The position numbers and the translations under genes are program-made. A stretch of DNA of 64,000 nucleotides from the NCBI GenBank assembly GCA_013265495.1, contig MU059330.1, positions 13,195,869 through 13,259,868 on the forward strand, given 5' to 3'. The notes below the pieces were generated by a model. It saw only the letters and a program-made list of their open reading frames with translations, searched no databases and was not told where the DNA came from. Shown in pieces: positions 58,641 to 64,000 of the stretch. Source of the DNA: Vicugna vicugna (lineage: Eukaryota). Position 1 is the stretch's first letter, and each line of letters begins with the position of its first letter.

Positions 58641-60530
58641 GTGACCCTCACCGTCCTTCCGGAGATGAAGGCACTGTCCTCCCAGACAGGAGGGCGGGGA
58701 GTGAGTGCTGGCTGTGACAGGCCCCTCTGCTCTTGCACCTGTGCCAGGGCCTCACCAGCTTGGGGACCCCACAGGGACCCGCTCTGCTTACATTGGAGAC
58801 CTCAAGGTCAGTGACTGGATGGCTTTTGGAAATGGGAAAATTTGGAAATCATTTTCCTTAATTTTATCTCAAGAGGCTGCACTGTTGGGGTTTAGTGGTT
58901 CAGGAAGTTTAGTTTATGGGAAGTTAAAGGAGTATTTCAAATGAGAGGTCCTGGTCGATTTAGACTCTTCGAACTGACTGTCAAGACTAGATCTACATCA
59001 GGTACTCACAGCGAACGGCCAGCTGAAAGCTTACATCTAGGGGGAAAATGGACGTGCCCAGTGGTAACCAAACCACCCTGTGGCGAAGTCTGTCCTCATC
59101 ATGATGCAGGTTAAATGACGAAGAGACACGGCCCTCCCCCGCCTTCTGGGTGAGCTCCGGGTCCGGGCCAGTTCTGGGCCCTGGACCACAGGCGGGGGCC
59201 CTGAGGGTCGCTGAGATGCCCCCTCAGACCTGCACACAGAACCAAGGAGCCCTGGCCCTCCTTTACGTCTGACACCTGGGATGTCCAGGTCCCATGGGCC
59301 CCTCAGAAAAGCAATGGTGCATGTGCCGCTGGCACCAGGCCCCTCCAGGACTGTGGGGTGCTCTCAGCGCTGCATCCCCAGGACAGGGGAAGGGCTGGGG
59401 TCACTACACATGTGCAGGTGAGGTCCATGCTCTGCAGAGATGGCAGGGACTGCCAGGGCAGCTCCTGTCCAGCCCTAGCACGCTGCATGGTGCACGGTGC
59501 ACGGGACACAGTGTAGGCTGAGACGCAGGTGCTCAGAGACCAGCTTCCTCTCTGCTGTCACGCAGCACACAGGCCGAACCCTCCTCGCCTGGTGACCTGG
59601 AGCATCGGAACCAGGGCTGGAGATGGACAGTGGTCATGAAACGATCGGGGAGGGGGCAATGTCTGGGCGAATTGCCGTCCTGCTGGCAAGTGGCCCCTGG
59701 GAACGGTTGTCTCACTTGGAAAAGGTGTGGGGCAGATGGGGCAGCTGGGGTGAGCAGCGAGGGGGCTGAGAGACTGCAGTTGCAACCTCGACATGCGGGA
59801 GGCCAGCCTGGACCAGGCACCTGCCACCTGGCTCCTGCCTGCAGGTGACACTGCCCTGTATGATGTGTGTCCTCACACACGGCCTTGTCCCTTGTCCCAC
59901 AGTGCTGGCCCTCTGAGTCCACTCACCGCAAGGGACGGAGAGCAGAGAGTATCACCCCTGCTGCGTCCTGCCAGCAGGTCCTTGTGGTAAACAGGGGTCA
60001 CTGTGGTTGGATCACATGGGGACGCAGGGTGAGCAAGACCAGCCAAACCGTGAAAAAATCCTGACAAAGGTGAACTCCTTCACGATGTTTTCCATCCCCT
60101 GGGGTTCCTCTGGGACGACGGCTCTGCGGCCCCGGCGGTGGGCTTGGGGGTGCTGTGCTCTGCGAGGCTCCGTGCGCCTTGACAGGAAAGGCCTGCAAAG
60201 CCCACCTGCTAACCTGCTCTGCTCGACGCCCCCACCCGCCAGCGCAAGCAGCAGTGCCTGACAGCCACTTGCGTCCGCTGCGAGCAGAGCCCGTGCGCAG
60301 AAAGCGTGGCCTCTAATCAAAGGCGTCATTATTAACAGTAAACAAGCCTTTGCTGAGGGCGGCCGTGGAAGACAGCCCGTGTGTCCTGCGTCATCCCCAG
60401 CAGCGGGACTAGCACAGTGGCCAGAGGCCCACGCTGCCGGCCCCCGTGTCAGCCACGACCTGGGGGACATGCAGGATGCACCATGGGAAGGGGCCGGTGG
60501 GCTTGGAGGCCAGGGCTGGTGTTTGACACT

Positions 60531-60757
60531 GGGGGATGGAGGCCATGGGGGATGGAGGCCATGGGGTGGATGCCGTGGGGACAGAGGCCTAGGGGGATGG
60601 AGGCCGTGGAGGATGGAGGCTGTGGGTGTGGAGGCCGTGGCGATGGAGGCCATGGGGGATGGAGGCCATGTGGGTGGAGGCCGTGGGGAGGGAGGCCATG
60701 GGGGATGGAGGCCATGGGGGTGGAGGCCATCGGGGAGGGAGGCCGTGGGGGTGGAGG
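60531..60757. repeat. G-rich minisatellite, 14-16-bp unit gggggatggaggccat (~15 copies)
   Basis: Units start at 60531, 60547, 60563, 60577, 60592, 60608, 60624, 60639, 60654, 60670, 60685, 60700, 60716, 60731 and 60747. Confidence 0.95.
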
Positions 60758-63700
60758 GTGTTGTGTCACGGGTGCAGGCCATAGGGGGCCAGCACTGAGG
60801 AGCGGACACCCACTCTAATGAGGGGTTTCTCAGCCCTGGAGGGGGAGCCAGATGGTTGAGGGTGAGGAGCTGGGCAAGGCTCCCAGGACTGGGTGGACCC
60901 TCCAGCACCCCCAGATCCTACTCTGCAGCTCGGGGTCCCCAGAACCCTGGACTCTGGGCCGACAGCTGGACCTCAATGAGGCCTTGAATCACACCTGCTA
61001 ATTAAGGTGACTGGTGGGGTGAGGTTAGTGAGGGTATGTGTGTGAGTCCTCAGGGCAAGGCCAGCACCCACAGGGGCTTCCGACCAGGACAGCCTGAGGC
61101 TCGGCTTTCCCATGAAGTCAGGGACAGTGCTGACCCCCCAGGGCCGTTTGATGGAGGTTACCTGGGAGATGGTGCCTGCCTCCCCGGGCAGGTTCGAGCA
61201 GCTGGCGGCGGCATCAGCTCCGGCTCCGGCATCCCGGGGAAGAAGTCGCAGCCTGCAGCCTGGAGGAGGGGTAGGGCCTGGGGTCTTCCGGGGGTGGGCT
61301 CGGTCCTCCAAGCACACTGACTGCTCCCGTTTCCCCCCGGGGGCAGAGAAAGTCGCACCTGGAGGTGGTCACTTCCCCCAGCTTCCCTGCTTCTTTTCTG
61401 TTTTCTCCCCAGCCCTGCCTGTATCTTTATAGGACATCTGTCCAGTTCCAAAGGGTCACTTTGGGGTCACTAGGGTTATAAAGTGTCACCTCCATGAGAT
61501 CACGGAGTGTGAGACACTTCAAGGAGCATTTTGAATTTTTGAACATTTATTTATTTTTTCTTTCTAAAAATTAAAACTGTGTTTCCCCAGACACAAGCGT
61601 GCGCTGATGTAGAATCGGAGCATCACTTTCGGAGAGCGGCTGAATGAGGCTGCATGCTGCCTGAGGCCCATTAGGACTCCAGCCCCGGAAAGGCCGTCTG
61701 TGCTAATGGCCGCGCTCGCCCCGCGATGGCAGATGAGCGCGTTTCACACCCGGCGCAGTAACCCCATCTGGCTGCTGCTGGTCTCCAGGACGCCCTCCTG
61801 CTGACGTTAGCCACGTGCCCAGGGCACTCACACTAATGACGGCCACGCCTCCTCCTGTGCACACATCCTGCAACTCCAGATCGGAGCTGATCAAAACTTC
61901 CAGGTCAGGGAGGTTATTTTAAAACAGGGGTCCCTTTCTCCTTCTCCTGGAGCTTCCAGACTGTCTTGTAAATTAACGTCATAAGAAAACATGAAGGGGA
62001 GAGCAAGCACTGCGGCCAGACAGCCGTCCTCGGCGCGAGTGAGCCGCCTGCGGCCCGGCTGCAGCGTGGACCCGGCCGCCCAGGGCCTCACCGCCTGCTG
62101 GGGCCTCGCCCCTCACCTCTCGCCGGATGAGCGTGTGCGTGGAGCACCCATCGCCTGTCCCAGTGAGCAGGGATCACCAGGGTCGTGTTTTCCTCTAAGA
62201 TACTGAGAGGATGTCGTGGACAAGGGTGAAGGAAACAGACCGACCGTGCAGAATTTTCAAAGGTGAGACGAGAAGTGTCCCGGCGAGTGGAGGTGAGGTG
62301 CCCAGTACACCCGTGAGGGAGGGCTGAGCCCTCGTGTGCGGGCCCGGGGCTCACTTCATCCACGGGGGAGCACTTCATGCACTAGTGGGGAAATGTGACC
62401 AAACCAAACGCGAGTCCACTCGCCCGACACCCAGCAAAGCCGATCTGCTGCCCCCAGGTGGTGGCGAAGGGAAGCGCAACGTTAACTGCAGGCCCGAGCG
62501 AGGAGCACGGGCAGCTCATGCTCCAAAGGCTCGGACTCCCCGTGGCCTCAGGGACGGGCTTTGAAGGCAACACGAGGGGTGGGGGTGCAGGAGCGTGATC
62601 AGCTCCTGGCGGCCTCTGACTGGCCGGTGCTGAGGTCACAGGGTGCTGTTTCTGGACGCAGCATCACCAGCCTTCTGGGTCCAGCCAGTCTGGGGTCCAG
62701 CTGCCGTGGCCAGCGTGCAGCCACCACACGCCGGGCGGGGGTCTTGGTTTCAGCAGAGCCGCTCAAAGACGTGCCTCAGGTGGTTGCGTGTGTCCCCTCC
62801 GGAGGAGCCGGGCGTCCCGGCCTCGGGGGTCCCGGTCACTTACTGCAGAGTCTGCTTTTTGGAACACGAGGAGGGCCCGACGCAGGGAGGTCCGTCAGGG
62901 CCCTGACCGCTTGCAGGCCCCTCGTCTTTGACACTCGCCAGCGCTCGGGGAGCAGGGTGCGACAGGAGCCCTGGGGACAGAGGCTGAGCAGACGTGGCAG
63001 AGGGGCTTGGCTTTGGGGGCACTCGGTTTCCGAAGGTGTTTTCCGAGTTCCAGGTGGCGCCGGAGCTCCTCGCGGGGAACCCGGGAGGACCGCGCAACGT
63101 GCCCGCTTGTGACCCGACACAGAGCAAGCGTTTGCTTCTTCAGCCTGGCTTTGCGTGAGCTCTAACAGGCTCCCTAACGAGTAAAATTTAAAGTGTTTGT
63201 TCCCCCAAAGAACATCAAGAACTTGCTCTAAATCAACAACAGAAACAAAAACCACCTTACGTACTTCTTGAACAAGCGAGAGACAGACCGCTCCCCGGTG
63301 CAGACGACCGCGGCCGCCAGCGAGCGTGCTGAAGCCCCGGGTCGCCCAGCACATGTCGTGACCGGTACGTCATTTTGACAGGGTTCCAAAATCAAATGGC
63401 CGTTTCTTCCGTGTGGTTTACAAGCGTTACAGTAGGGGGAGGGCTTTTCCTTGAAAACAAACAAGCAAACAAAGGGTCTCTTTTCTTTAAATACAAGACT
63501 ACAACGAAGTGACCGTGTCTCATCTGAAGAACAAAATCGAGGTCAGCTCAACAGAGCTGCGGGGACGGGGGGCAAAGCGGGGAACGGATGCAAACCGACG
63601 GCGAGTCCGCGTGCCTGACAGTTTCCTCCCCCGGCTCGTCTGAGTCCCGAGTCGCAGGGGGAGCCGTGGTGCCCGTTCACAGGCCTGGGAGCTCCCGAGA

Positions 63701-64000
63701 GATGTCACGCTGGATCCTGGGCCGGAGAGTGCCCGTGCTCCCCAGGCCGGGCTGTGGATTGGGGAACCCTCAGAGGAAGCGTGCGGGACCAGCGGTCGGC
63801 GGTGCCACCCCGGGGCGGTGCGAGCTGTGCAGGCGAGGCCTGAGGGGCCCGCAGCTCCGTGGGCAACGTCCTCCGTGACGCTCAGTGTGTCTGCTTCTGC
63901 TGAGACTGTCCCTGCGATGGAGACGGAGCGCTGGGAGGGGAGGGGCTGGCACGCGGGGCGCTGCCCGCACTGACGAAGACGGACCGCCTCTCGTGAGGCA

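Noticed and set aside
60012-60908. 298-aa minus ORF and overlapping plus ORFs
   Set aside because: They are produced by the stop-free G-rich minisatellite. Unit lengths of 14-16 bp are not frame-preserving.

Overview
This is mammalian (eutherian) genomic DNA, not prokaryotic. Three tRNA-Ala-derived SINEs and the L1 3' ends match the camelid (alpaca/camel) type as I recall it. The window is GC-rich, like a subtelomeric region. I cannot support any protein-coding exon: the ORF track is explained by high GC, tandem repeats and L1 remnants. Supported content: (1) a CpG-island promoter at ~8.4-9.2 kb with a 44-N gap in its core. It has a minus-strand first-exon-like splice donor and consensus plus-strand exon candidates downstream, which suggests a bidirectional promoter with a divergent spliced lncRNA. 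(2) Secondary CpG-rich patches at ~17.3-18.0, ~42.9 and ~57.9-58.6 kb. (3) Interspersed repeats: MLT1 LTRs (one nested), L1 fragments (one nested), L2 ends, a Tigger1 deletion derivative and three SINEs. (4) Three minisatellites. (5) Many short AT-rich islands packed with homeodomain/TCF/FOX motifs that look like developmental enhancers. I do not recognise the gene. Repeat names come from remembered consensus sequences and need RepeatMasker/Dfam confirmation. I found no clearly novel biological system. The best leads are the putative bidirectional promoter with its lncRNA exon chain, inverted L1 ends flanking a candidate exon, strong AT-to-GC drift in old repeats, and a higher-order frame-preserving minisatellite.
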